This document shows, piece by piece, positions 46,641 to 57,935 of a DNA stretch of 64,000 bases. Position 1 is the first letter of the stretch, and each line of letters opens with the position of its first letter. The notes below the pieces were generated by a model, which saw only the letters and a program-made list of their open reading frames with translations, was not told the DNA's origin and made no database searches. A program made the translations under genes and the position numbers. Origin of the DNA: Candidatus Krumholzibacteriota bacterium (GTDB lineage Bacteria > Krumholzibacteriota > Krumholzibacteriia > JAJRXK01); contig CAVXTH010000001.1 in assembly GCA_963764625.1 (NCBI GenBank), forward strand, positions 64,001-128,000. The letters are read 5' to 3'.

Positions 46641-49071
46641 GTGAACGAACGCGCGCGATATTCGAGCCTAGAGCCCGTGCCGGGACTCGCCTCGCCGGGC
46701 CCTGGCCTCTCCCGCCCCAGTTCGGGCATCAACGATCTGGTGTGGAGGCTGTGTCTGGTGACCGCCGGGGCGTCGCTCTTGGCCGCGATCTTCCACCAGG
46801 TTTTCGGCCACGGCTCCATTTTCGGCGTCTGGTTCCTCGCGATGCTCAGCGGCCTGGGTTGGCTCGCCGCGGTGCGCATGCTGCTCCTGGACACCCGCCT
46901 TCGCGTCGCCTGGATCATCTGGCTGGCCTTCGGCGTTCTCATGCTGGCGGTGACGAACTCGGCTGCCATGGCGCGCTTCACCGCCTTCACTTTCCTGCTG
47001 CTGCGCCGCTATCGACCCTTCCGTCAACTCAGTTCCGCACGGCGCGCGAAACTCTTCGGACTCGCGTTTCTGTGTTTGCCCCTGCTCATCGCAGGAGTGT
47101 CCACCCAAGAAATGATCGGCGAGTTCGCCAGCATGGGACGACATGTGATCCGCTACGCCGTCTTTTCGTTGGCCGTGTTCTGGATCATGACCATTCTGCA
47201 GCTTGCGTTCCGGGCGCGTCTGCATTTCTTGCGGCTCAAACCGAAACTGGCGATCGCGGTCCTCTTGATCGCCTTCGTGCCGCTGGTGCTGGTGGCCACT
47301 CTGGGAACCCTCGTGGGTTACGGCGCCCTCGGGGGCCGCTCCGCCGACCGGGGGGGAGCCATCCTGAACGACTGGTGTCGTCTGGTCGATGAGCATCCGG
47401 AGAATGGCTTCTTGGTCTTCGGTCCCGGGTTCACCGATCCGTCACTCACTACTTCGGCTCCCGCGGGTTCGTCTGCGGCCCAGATAGAAGCTCCGTATTG
47501 GACGCAGCAGCTCAGGGAAGCGCTGGCGAAACCGGCGACCGGCAGCTCCTGGGCCGCCACCGACACTACCGCATTTTTCGTACTCGGCAAGGAGATGTGG
47601 CTCCTGCGACTCCGCGGGCTCGACGAGAAGAAGACCCCGCAACTGCAGGGTTGGCCGGTCCGCGAGAAGCTGATGGACCATCTCTCTTCACTTCTCCATT
47701 CGAACGCGCGCCTGGCCCTGAAGGTTCAGAGCCCAGGCGCGTTTTTGGGAAAGGCCGATACCGCCGCGGGCGACGTGGTGGTCGACGGTCACTATCACGC
47801 GCAAGCGGACTCCTCGGCGGGCTTATTCGAGCGTCCCCTCTATTTCGGTGGCACCCAGCTCAGCGCCATCGAACTCAAGAACGACAAGCTCAGTCGCGAA
47901 TCCGTCCTGCTCACCTTCAGCGTGAGTCTGGCCGATCTGGGCCGTGATTTCGTCTCGGGGAACAACGAGATCAGCCAGGGAATGGTCTTGCTCCTGGCGG
48001 TCCTGGCCGCGCTTTTTCTGTTCGTGGAATTGGCTTCGCTCTTCTTCGGCCTGCGCATTTCCACCGGAATCACCTCGGCGGTCAAGGTATTGCACCGGGG
48101 TACCGAGGAGCTGGCCCGCGGCAATCTCGACACGCACATCAGCGTGCCGAACGAAGACGAGTTCGGCGACCTGGCGGCGTCCTTCAACGAAATGACTGCA
48201 CGCGGTGAAGCAGGGACAGCAGGAACTCCTCGAACGCGAGAGGCTTCAACGCGAGCTTCAGACCGCTCGCGAAATCCAAATGCGCCTTCTCCCCTTCGCG
48301 GTGCCTCAGCTCGAAGGGTTCCAGATCGCGGGAATCTCAGAGCCCAGTCGCCAGGTGGGAGGCGATTACTACGATTTCCTCCGCCTGCCCAATTCGAATC
48401 TGGGAGTTGCGGTGGGCGACGTATCGGGTAAGGGAATCCCGGCCGCTCTCTTGATGTCGAACTTGCAGGCGAGCCTGAAGGGGCAGGTGTTGCATGGTGG
48501 TCGGTGTCCAGGACCGTGTCCCTGGTGAATCACCTGCTGGTGTCTTCGACCGACACGAACATGTTCGCCACCTTCTTCTACGGGGAGCTCGACCCGCGTT
48601 CGGGCACCTTCACTTCCAGCAACGCCGGCCATGATCCGCCCATCTTGTGCCGGGCGGATGGCAGCATCGAGCGCATCTCCACCGGAGGCCTCATCCTGGG
48701 GATCGTGGACGAGACCGACTACGAGGAAGTGACGGTGCGCATGAACGAAGGGGACGTACTCGTCATCTACACCGACGGGATCACCGAGGCGCAGGGTCCG
48801 CTGCCGCTGTTGCCGCCGCCGAAGGCGGGAGAAGATGGAGGCGCGTGGGCGCAAGCAAGGCGGCGGTGGCACCACCGATGATTTCCAAGACGACCGCGTC
48901 AACCTCTTCGAGGAAGAGCGACTGATCGACGTGATCGTCGCCAATCGTCACCGCAGCGCCCAGGACATGGAGCGCGCGATTCTCGACGCGGTCAAACGGC
49001 ACACCGGGAACATACCGCAGTCGGATGACATCACCCTGGTCGTGATCAAGCGCGTTTCGAAGGCGGCCTAG
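46641..49071 (+). CDS. Membrane HAMP-SpoIIE (PP2C) phosphatase, split by three frameshifts (about 48200, 48500, 48840)
   Basis: HAMP DEFGDLAASFNEM; VGGDYYD, GDVSGKG, NAGH, YTDGITEA, SDDITLVV found in successive frames. Confidence 0.88.
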
Positions 49072-49105
49072 AGCGCCGCTAATAGTCCAAGATCTCGCGC
49101 GCAAC

Positions 49106-49711
49106 CTACAGCGCCGAGAGCAACTTCTTCTTCATGTCCTTCGACGCGGGATATTTCCCGAACCACACGCTCCACAGGGCCTGCGCGAAGACCGGGTTCT
49201 CGATGACTCCGAGTTCCTTGCCGTTGAGCGAGGTGTGCAATCCACTTGTGGATCATAGTCGAAGATGAGGAGGTCCTTGTCCTGAGGGTCGCGCGTCCAG
49301 TAGCTCTTGAAGGTCTTCATCGCGTCGGCGAAGGAGTCCATCTTGTCGCCGTAGTTCTTCTCGAGTCCTTCATCGAAAGAGTGGATGAGCTTGTCGCAGG
49401 AAAAGCTGCGACGCATGTCCATCTGCGATTCGCTTGGGGACCTTGGCCATGACGAGACCCGCCGCGGGGTCAGCGCCCAGATCGGCGCCCTTTTCCACGT
49501 ACGAGACGATCGTGTACACGTCGACCTTCATGAAGGTCTTCTCGCGCAGAGCGGTACCGGTGGCGACCAGCGTCACCGGTTCGCCGTCGAACTGGACCGT
49601 GATTTCGTCGGGATAGCTCTTTCCGCTCTTCTCTTCGGTGATGGCGAAAGCGAGCTGGGGAAGTGCCACGAGCGCAAACAAGACGGTTATGAGCAGGGAT
49701 CGGGTCTTCAT
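49106..49711 (-). CDS. Chalcone isomerase-like secreted protein, frameshifted
   Basis: Signal peptide; GTALREKTFMKVDVY; C-terminal FAQALWSVWFGKYP in another frame. Confidence 0.78.
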
Positions 49712-49893
49712 GGGAGAGTTGCCCCCTTCTCCGGCATGGGATAGGGAATTGGGCCGGCCCTTTGGCGGACGCGCACCGAGCATAGCCCGAGTAGGCCCTT
49801 AGGTCCATTTGGAACCCGCAGGGCGGGGTCAGGGTTCCAGCGTCCCACACGGTTGCAGACAGGCTCTCGATGCTTGGGCTAAGGTGAAGCGTC

Positions 49894-51222
49894 ATGAGTC
49901 TCTTCGACGTCGTCGCCATTCTGCTCCTTCTGACCGCGGTTATCGGCTATCTGAACAGCCGCTACCTGCAGCTGCCGCCGTCGGTGGGACTTCTGATCAT
50001 CAGCCTGGGCAGCTCGCTGGGGGTCATGCTGCTGCACTGGGCCTTTCCCGGCCTGGGACTCATCGCGGTGATCCGCGACTATTTCGACAACATCGATTTC
50101 AACGAAGCCCTGATGCACGGCATGTTAGGCTTCCTCCTCTTCGCGGGCGCGCTGCACGCCGATCTCGACTACTTCGCGCAACGGCGCTGGACCATTGCCC
50201 TCTTGGCGACGGTGGGACTTCTCATTTCCACCGCGTTGATCGGTCTGATGAGCCACTTCATTTTCGCGTGGCTGGGGTATGCCGTCCCCTGGCTGGTGTG
50301 TTTGCTCTTCGGCGCGCTCATTTCACCGACCGATCCCATTTCGGTCATGGGTACTCTGAAGACCCTGCACGCCCCACCGCGACTGGAAGCGAAGATCGCC
50401 GGCGAGTCGCTCTTCAACGATGGCGTGGCGGTGGTGGTGTTCACCGCACTTTTGGAGATGTTGCATTCCTCGATCGGAGGCTCAGCCGTTCCGCTGGGCG
50501 CCGCAGCGACGCACGGAGCAGTGGCTGACTCGCTCGGCGTAGCCGCCGCGCACCTTCATGCCAGCGGACCTCTGGGAGTGTTGGACATCGCCTGGCTTTT
50601 CGTGCGCGAGGCGGGCGGAGGAATCGTTCTCGGTTTTCTCTCGGGCTTCTTGGCCTACCGCATGATGCTGGCGATCGACGACTACAAGGTGGAGGTGTTG
50701 ATCACCATCGCTCTGGTGATGGCATCGTACGCACTCGCGATGCGCCTGCACATTTCCGGATCCGATTGCGGTGGTGGTCTCGGGCTCTTGATCGGCAACC
50801 GCGGGCGCAGCTATGCGATGAGCGATACGGTCGCCGACTATCTGGAGAAGTTCTGGGAGCTGATCGATGAGATCCTGAACGCGGTGCTCTTTCTGCTCAT
50901 CGGAGTGGAAGTCATCGTGATGAACTTCCAGGCGCGCGGGGCGCTGGCCGGGCTGATCTCCATCGGAGTGGTTTTGCTGGCGCGCTTCGTCTCGGTGGCT
51001 CTGCCGATTCGCCTCATGCGCCGCTGGGCCGACTTCTCTGACGGGGTGATCCGGATCCTCACCTGGGCGGGGCTGCGCGGGGGCATCTCGGTGGCTTTGG
51101 TCCTCTCGCTTCCGCCGATCCCCCAGAAGCAGCTGCTCCTCACCTGCACCTACGTAGTAGTGCTGTTTTCGATTCTGGTGCAGGGAACGACGGTTTCTAG
51201 GGTACTGAAGAGGTATTTGTGA
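49894..51222 (+). CDS. Na+/H+ antiporter, CPA1/NhaP family
   Basis: FLLFAGALH, FGALISPTDP, GESLFNDG, WAGLRGGIS. Confidence 0.94.
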   Translation: MSLFDVVAILLLLTAVIGYLNSRYLQLPPSVGLLIISLGSSLGVMLLHWAFPGLGLIAVIRDYFDNIDFNEALMHGMLGFLLFAGALHADLDYFAQRRWTIALLATVGLLISTALIGLMSHFIFAWLGYAVPWLVCLLFGALISPTDPISVMGTLKTLHAPPRLEAKIAGESLFNDGVAVVVFTALLEMLHSSIGGSAVPLGAAATHGAVADSLGVAAAHLHASGPLGVLDIAWLFVREAGGGIVLGFLSGFLAYRMMLAIDDYKVEVLITIALVMASYALAMRLHISGSDCGGGLGLLIGNRGRSYAMSDTVADYLEKFWELIDEILNAVLFLLIGVEVIVMNFQARGALAGLISIGVVLLARFVSVALPIRLMRRWADFSDGVIRILTWAGLRGGISVALVLSLPPIPQKQLLLTCTYVVVLFSILVQGTTVSRVLKRYL

Positions 51223-51268
51223 GTCCTGCCGTACCGATCCTAGTTCCATGGCGGGCGTAGATTGTCTT

Positions 51269-52461
51269 CTAGTGCCCCAAGAAGAGTGCCTTCAGACCTC
51301 CCACACTTTCCGCTTTTACTGGCACTGGAGTCTCCCGGATGGGCCAGAAGGTGACCTGCTTGAATCTGGAGTCGTCCTTCCCATCTGAGATCCACTCCTC
51401 GATTTGCAGGGAATCCGTCGTTCCCCAATAGCATTGCTGGACATCTGCAAAACCACCCTCGGTCGTCAAGTCGCCGAAGAACAACGAGTGGCCCCCACCA
51501 TTTTAGATGTCGCAATCGCGTAAAGTAATGGAAGCACCCGTTGCTACGTAGACCGTAGCATAGCTCCCTCCTCCAAGATGTAGGTGCGTACCCGTCAGAC
51601 TCGTGTTGGCGTCATCCAAGGAGATCGCGCCTGGCGAGGGTGCCACGTTCACATGGGCCATCGTGACCTTGCTGCCGCTATCGGCAACGATTCGCCAGGT
51701 TTGCAGACTACTCTCCCCGATCTGACAATTGGTGACAGTACCAGTCGATCCGTACTCAAACCCCAGTGCAACACCAACACCTTCGAACTGCAGGTTACTG
51801 TACTCAAATCCATCTGATCCTGTTAGCAACGTGGCTTGCCCTAGAGCGCGAAAAACACAGTTCGACAGCGTAACCCGCGGATTGTGGCCACCGACAAAAC
51901 TCGTGATCCCGTCCATCGAGCCATTGGGGTCCGTGCCTTCGAAAACGCAATTCTGGATCACAACGTCGGGACCATTGTCCAATGCAATCTGCTCATCTTT
52001 GGAGGCTCCAAAGTAAAATCAGTAAATGAGTACGAGAGATCTACCCAAGCCAAAATCGCCGTGTTCTCAAGCGTGACGCTCGACACACTAATTGATCCGA
52101 TATTGACTCCATCTTGCACAATGACACCCGTCGGGTACCCGCTGACGCTCGGAGTTAGGGTCACCGGCCCAATGAAAACACTATCTCTATCAGCGCCAAT
52201 GATCGTCAGTGGAGCGATCTTCGGAATCATGATATCTGCCGAGGTGCCGCCCAGCTGGAATGTGTGTACCTCAAGATCATCCTATCGCCCCGGCTTGATC
52301 TGGACCGTGTCTCCTGCGGCGCACACATCGAGGGCATCTTCGATCACGGAGTAGTCCCCGCTGCCATCTTTGGCTACCACCCAGGTGGTCGCATGGCCCT
52401 CTCCGTAGCTTGTGAAAGCCAGGGAAAGGGTCAGCAGGAAGATACAGCCAAGTTTCTGCAT
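51269..52461 (-). pseudogene. Disrupted secreted beta-helix (pectin-lyase-like) protein
   Basis: MQKLGC..VAKDGSGDYSVIEDA..GDTVQIKPG then in-frame TAG (52282), a frameshift near 51980 and in-frame TAA (51503); visibly lower GC. Confidence 0.75.
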
Positions 52462-52471
52462 TGGTTTTGCT

Positions 52472-52670
52472 CTACCGTACCAGCGTGACCTTCTGTAGGA
52501 ACTCTTGCCCCGCGGCCTTGAACTTCACGAAGTACACTCCACTAGCCACGTTCGCCCCACGGTTGTCCTGCCCCAGCCAGATTGCCTGATGGCGGCCCCG
52601 TAGTCGTGGGCCATCCTCCAAGGTGGCTACGAACCTCCCCCGTACATTGTACACCTCGAGATTCAAGGTC
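52472..52670 (-). pseudogene. Orphan FlgD-Ig C-terminal domain remnant
   Basis: LEVYNVRGRFVATL..WLGQDNRGANVASGVYF..KVTLVR with no plausible upstream body. Confidence 0.7.
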
Positions 52671-53110
52671 CAGGAATCGACGACATCATGCTTGCGATGC
52701 TCACCGCAACTGGAGCCACTGCAACTCTGTCCTCGCAGAGTCGAGCCGGTGGAAGCTGGCGGCGAGCATGCTCCGCACGGCTTTGGAGCTATCACGACTT
52801 TCAGGCTCCTCGAATTCATAGCCGGCTATATCAATGTTGTGAAAAAATATCGTATATACGTGCTCCGGTCCGCTCTGGCTGCCCCGCGGGCGCGACCTGA
52901 GCTCACGGGCAAAGTCGCTGCTCGGCTCCAATCGGCGCTGCTCAAGGGAAGCGAGTGGCGGGGGCGGAAACGAGGGGACCGAAAATTCCAGAATTCCGTG
53001 ATTGCTGCTGGCGCTCGATCCAAAATACCACTAGTATGTTTGTATTGCCCCCCCGATGAAACTTCGAGTCTCCGAGCCGTCTGCGCGGGCTCGTTCCGAG
53101 GAGGTCCCTC

Positions 53111-54640
53111 ATGTCCGGACTTTGGTCGAACCCCTGCCGCTCCCATCGCCGCCATCAAACAGCGCCAGAGTTCGGTACGCTCTGCTGCTGGTCGTCCGCC
53201 CGTCGCTGCCAAGTCAAGCGCGCTCCGCCGCCGCGCATTCGTCCATCGCCGTCCAGTCGGAAGCAGCTTCCACCCCAATGCGCTTGCTGCGCATGCATTT
53301 CGGCCGGACTGGGTGCCGCGCGGTGGATCAAGAACTCCGGGCCGCCGTGCGCAGCTGGCAATCCGCCGAGCACTGCGTCGTGCTCTGGTTCGCCGAGTTC
53401 AACCGGCGTCGACTCTATAAGGAACTCGGATACGGCAGCATCCATCTCTACGCGACCGAGGTTTTGGGATTCTCTCAGGCGCGTTCGTATCAATTTCTCC
53501 AGCTCGCAAAGCGCCTTCGCGACCTCCCCTCTCTCGAGAAGGCCGTGGATTCGGGCGAACTCGGCTGGACGAAAGCGCAGGTCGTCGCGTCCGTCGCAAC
53601 GCCCAGACCGAGGAGCGCTGGTTGAAGAAAGCGAGCGCCCTGAGCCGTCGCGAGTTGCAGGAAGAGATCGGCAGGGTCCGGCGGCGGACGAAGAGTGCAC
53701 TTCGCGCCAGCGACACTCAGATGCGGCTGGGATCCAAGAAGGAAGTGTCTCCCGCAGCGCGGATGGTTGTCGAGTGCCAGGCCAGAGCGTCAAGCGACTC
53801 GGCGAAGCCGGACTCGAGGGGCGACGAGGAAAGCAGTCGCGGGACACCGCTCGCACTTGCGAATCGCGAGGGAACTGGGGCCGATCACGGGTCTGAATCG
53901 GACTTCGGAAGCTCTGAGATCGTGGAGATGCCGCTCAGCGTCGGCCTGTCCTTTACGCCCGAGCAGTTTGCCCGCTATGAGGCGCTGGTAGCGAAGCTCC
54001 GGCAGCGCGGACATCGCGCGAAGAAGGCCGAGTTGATTCTCTCCGCTTGGAAAACTTGATTGAGCAACTCCGAACCGGCAACCACTGGCGACGATGGCGG
54101 TGGGAACCGTGCCCGCAGTGCTACGGTCGCGCAAAGTCCACTGGTTGCCCCAACTCCGAACTGACAACCACCCGCGGCGGCAGGGCGAAAACCGCCGGCA
54201 TCCGATCGCGGGCCCTGCATATCAGATTCACATTCAACACTGTCTGCGGTGCAAGGCCGCGACGGTCTCCACGAGCCAAGGCGACCGTCCCATCGACCGG
54301 GCCACCCTGCAGTCCGCGCTCTGTGATGCCAAACTACGTCGCGAGGAGCAGTCGGGTGGACAAGGCGAGTCTGGCGGGCGAGGTCCCTCCGGAAAGTCGC
54401 GCACCGTCTCCACCACCCCGCCGCGTTTCCGGCGCGAGGTGTTGGAGCGCGATCACTTTCGTTGTCGCATGCCGGGTTGTCGCAACCGGCAGTTCCTGCA
54501 GGTCCACCACATCGAGGCAAAAGAAGACGGCGGGAAACACCGCGCGAGCAACCTGGTCACTCTCTGTGGCGCGTGTCATCGGGCTCTGCACGCGCTGAGT
54601 GCGGCCCAGCGGCAAAAGGCATTGCGCCGGCCGCCCGAGC
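53111..54640 (+). CDS. DUF222-like HNH endonuclease, frameshifted; possible selfish element
   Basis: LYKELGYGSIHLYA..GELGWTKA; C-terminal RDHFRCRMPGC..VHH..GG..NLVTLCGACH; pieces in several frames; ends approximate. Confidence 0.78.
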
Positions 54641-57472
54641 TATTTCGAGTCGTCCGTGTCGTCTTCGCCGCTGGCACCGGCGTCGCCGGCGTCTGCCTTC
54701 GTCCCCCACAGGTGGTTCCAGTAGCTGTCGTCGCCTTTGAGCTTCTTGTCGAAGTAGGCCACGATGGTGCGGCTCCAGAGTTCGCGGCGGTCGTACCGCA
54801 AGATCCAGTGCTGCTCGCCGTTGATGCGGATGAAGTCGACGTCCTTGCCCAGAACCTTGAGCGCGGTGTAGAGCTGTTCGCTCTCGCCCGGTGGGACGTT
54901 GTTGTCGATGTCGCCGCACAGCAGCAAGATCGGGGTGTTGATCTTGTCCGCGCTGAACAGGCTTCCCTGCTTCACGTAGAACTCGGGGTCATTCCATGGG
55001 TACTTGCCGGCCGTGGCGACCGCGCTGTAGAACGCGCCCCAGTCGCCCTGCCCCCAGTACGATCCGATGAAGGAGATCCCGGCGTGGCTCACCGCGGCGG
55101 AAAACAAATCGTAATGGCTCACCAGATACATGGTCTCGAAGCCGCCGAAGCTCGCGCCGATACAGCCCACCTTCTTGGCGTCGACGAAGGGGTGGGCCGC
55201 CAGGAATTTCTCGGTGCCCTCGATGATGTCCTGGGCCGAACGCTTGCCCCAGTCGTTCACGTGACGCGCGCTGAACTCCTGACCGAAGCCGGTTGCCCCG
55301 CTGGGCTCGGGCACGTAGATCACGTACCCGTTGGCGGCCCAATAGTTCTTGGGATAGCGCCCCCCAAAGTCGCGCGTAATGGGCACAGTTCCCCCGTAGT
55401 AGTAGACGAGGCACGGCCACTTTTCGGCCCGTTTCGGGTCGAAGTCGGGCGGATAGTAGACTCGACCGATGATGGTGGTGCCATCGCTCGCGGTGAAGTT
55501 CCAGTCCTCCACCTTGCCCAGATCGATGCGGTCGAAGCGCGCGCCGTTGGGATCGGCCAGGAGTTTGGGGCTTGGCCTTCACCTCGGCCGCTTGCACGAA
55601 AATGCGCTCGTGCTCACTGCAGGATTCCGCGACATAAGCGAGGGTCGATCCGTCGCGACTCACCGTGAGGTGACTCGCCACCGCGCCCGCGCAGTTCAGC
55701 TTCACGATATCCTTGCTCTTGGCGTCGAGACGATAGAGGAGATCCCTGTCGGCCGTGGTCGCGATGAAGTACAGCGCGTTGTCCTTCTTCGACCATTCGA
55801 ACGAGCCCACTGCGGGATCGAACTCGCGCGTGAGCGCTTCGACTTTTCCGCTGGCGCGGTCCACCGAGTAGAGCTGGTAGTCGTAGTCGTTGGGGATGAC
55901 TCCCTCGGGCAGGTTCACCCCGATCGTTCCGAATGCATCGGGCCCGCCTTCCACTACGATGCCCCTGCCATCGGGCGCATAGCGCGCGGTGTAGGCCCAC
56001 TTGCTGTCGAATGCCTTCTTGCTCCTGAGAGTCTTCAAGTCGAGCTCGTAGAACTCCTGCACACTGAATGGGCGCTCGGTGGTTCCGAATACCTCGCGCG
56101 AGAAGAGCAGAGTCGAAGAATCCGGGCTGATGTCCTGCAGGCTCGTCGCCTCCGCCCCCGCGGTGAGGCGGTGACTCGCCCCTGCCGGATACGACGCGAG
56201 GTACAGATAGCTGCGGTCGCGGTAGGTGGCCCAGCGGTCGGCGAGATTCTCGTAGTGCTTGAATTCCTTGTGCTTGCGCTCCTCCTTGTGGCTCACGGTG
56301 TACACCACCGCGCTGGCGTCCGGAAGCCAGCGGTACGAACCAAAATGTTCCACGTCCTTCAGCACGCTCAGGGTGGGACTGCCGTCGAGATCGGCCACCC
56401 ACAACGTGGTCTTCTTGTCGTCCTTGGTGGTGAAACTGTACCGGTGCCCCGGCCCCGGTACCCAGGCGAAGCTCGAAGGCCCATCGTCGCCCTCGAAGGA
56501 GCGCACCAGAGTTCCGTCCTTGGTATCCCGAATCTCGTACCACTTCTTGCGATCGTCGCGGGGCACCGCGGGCGAGCTCAGCTGATAGGCCAACAGCTCA
56601 CCGTCGTTGGAGAGCTCGAGCCCGTTGATTCCTCGCGCATCGAGCAGCTCCGCCACCTCGAGTTGGTGTCGGGGGGAGAGATCCGTCGCGACTCTCACGC
56701 CAGCGTCCGGCGCGGCCATCTTCACTTTCGCCGACAGGGTCCACTCCTTGGCGCCCAGCGGGTCATGCACCGCGCGCACGACGATCCGATGCTTGCCCCG
56801 CAAGAGTTTCAGATCGACGGTGGCCGGTTCCTTGTCCGTCTTGTCCTTCACCTTCTCGCCATCGAGGTAGACCTGCAGCAGATGTTGGCTCTCGAGCACC
56901 AATTGCGCGGGACTGTAGCGATCGACGCTCAGATAGAACGCGGCCAGACACTGATAGGGAAGTTCGGCCGCGCCCCCGTCCTTGGACTGCGTGGCTGATT
57001 GCGCGCTGCTCTTCAGAAGGGGTGACAGATCCAGCGCGCCCCCGGAGGCCTTGGCCTGCTTCCACTCCACCGTTGCGCGCGGCCAATTCCATTTCGTGCC
57101 GGCGGAGGGGTAGGCCTCACTCACATCGATCGCATCCTGTCCGAGCAGGTCCTTCAACTCGATCTCGTGTCCCGCCTCGCGGGACAGCGCCGGCAGGGGC
57201 AGAGCCGAAGACGGAGTCACCAGCCACGACACCACCGGGATCTCGCGTCCCTGCGCCTCGTCGGCCGCACGGGCCGCACTCGCCGATGCCAGCCAGAACA
57301 GGGTGAGCAGGAAGCCGACCGTTCCGAGCGCGCGGGAGAGGCCGCGAGCCGAGCTGCGCCACGAGCTGGGGGACGACACGGAGTGGCCATGCCGGGCAGA
57401 GGAGGCGTGCCGGGCAGAGGAGGTGTGCCGGGTCGATCGGGCCGTGAGCCGGGTGAAAAAGCGCAAACGCAT
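54640..57472 (-). CDS. S9 family (prolyl oligopeptidase-like) peptidase, frameshift near 55560
   Basis: Beta-propeller N-region; YYYGG, GASFGG, DNNV, EQH triad in the downstream frame. Confidence 0.9.
57390..57432. repeat. 18-bp tandem repeat, about 2.4 copies
   Basis: tgccgggcagaggagg(c/t)g repeated, encoding RHxSSA in the peptidase N-terminus. Confidence 0.8.
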
Positions 57473-57509
57473 GTCGTTCCTTTCGAGAGCGACTCTTCGA
57501 GAGTCAGCT

Positions 57510-57935
57510 TCAGTCATCTTCGAGTCGTGGCTTGGGAACGCGCATTCCCTGCTTTTCGAGTTCAATCTGCCGCATCGCCACCATGCCCTGCAGGACGGTC
57601 TCGCGCTCGAGCGTCGACTCGATTTGGGGGTCGTAGACCTCCCACCCCGTCCAACCCTGCATCATGAACACGATGGCAAAGACCTGAGGTCCGCGCGCGC
57701 GCACCCAGGCTCGCGGGATCGAGACTTCGATGGAGTGCATAAAATCCGCTGGAGTCTCGGGCGACAGCCGAATCGTCATCACGCCGTGTTCGTCCTCTTC
57801 CCCGAAGTGGAAAAAGCGCTCAGCTTGCGACGAAATTCCCGGCACCGACAGCAACTTATCCTGCACGGAGGCACCCTCGAGCTGTGGGCTCTGTCCTTCG
57901 CGCGGCCGCAACAGAATGCGGTAATTCTCGCTCAT
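57510..57935 (-). CDS. Hypothetical protein
   Basis: MSENYRILL start overlaps the upstream stop (ATGA); WEVYDPQ motif. Confidence 0.7.
   Translation of the reverse strand: MSENYRILLRPREGQSPQLEGASVQDKLLSVPGISSQAERFFHFGEEDEHGVMTIRLSPETPADFMHSIEVSIPRAWVRARGPQVFAIVFMMQGWTGWEVYDPQIESTLERETVLQGMVAMRQIELEKQGMRVPKPRLEDD

Noticed and set aside
48190-48860. Programmed frameshifting in the SpoIIE gene
   Set aside because: Three separate shifts with no slippery heptamers recognised, in a region rich in indels.
52282-52284. In-frame TAG as pyrrolysine or recoding
   Set aside because: It falls where Tyr is expected (PGxY), and the same gene has a TAA and a frameshift; decay or error is simpler.
54640-55668. 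C-terminal extension of the 524-aa HNH ORF
   Set aside because: Antisense read-through over the S9 peptidase; not protein-like.
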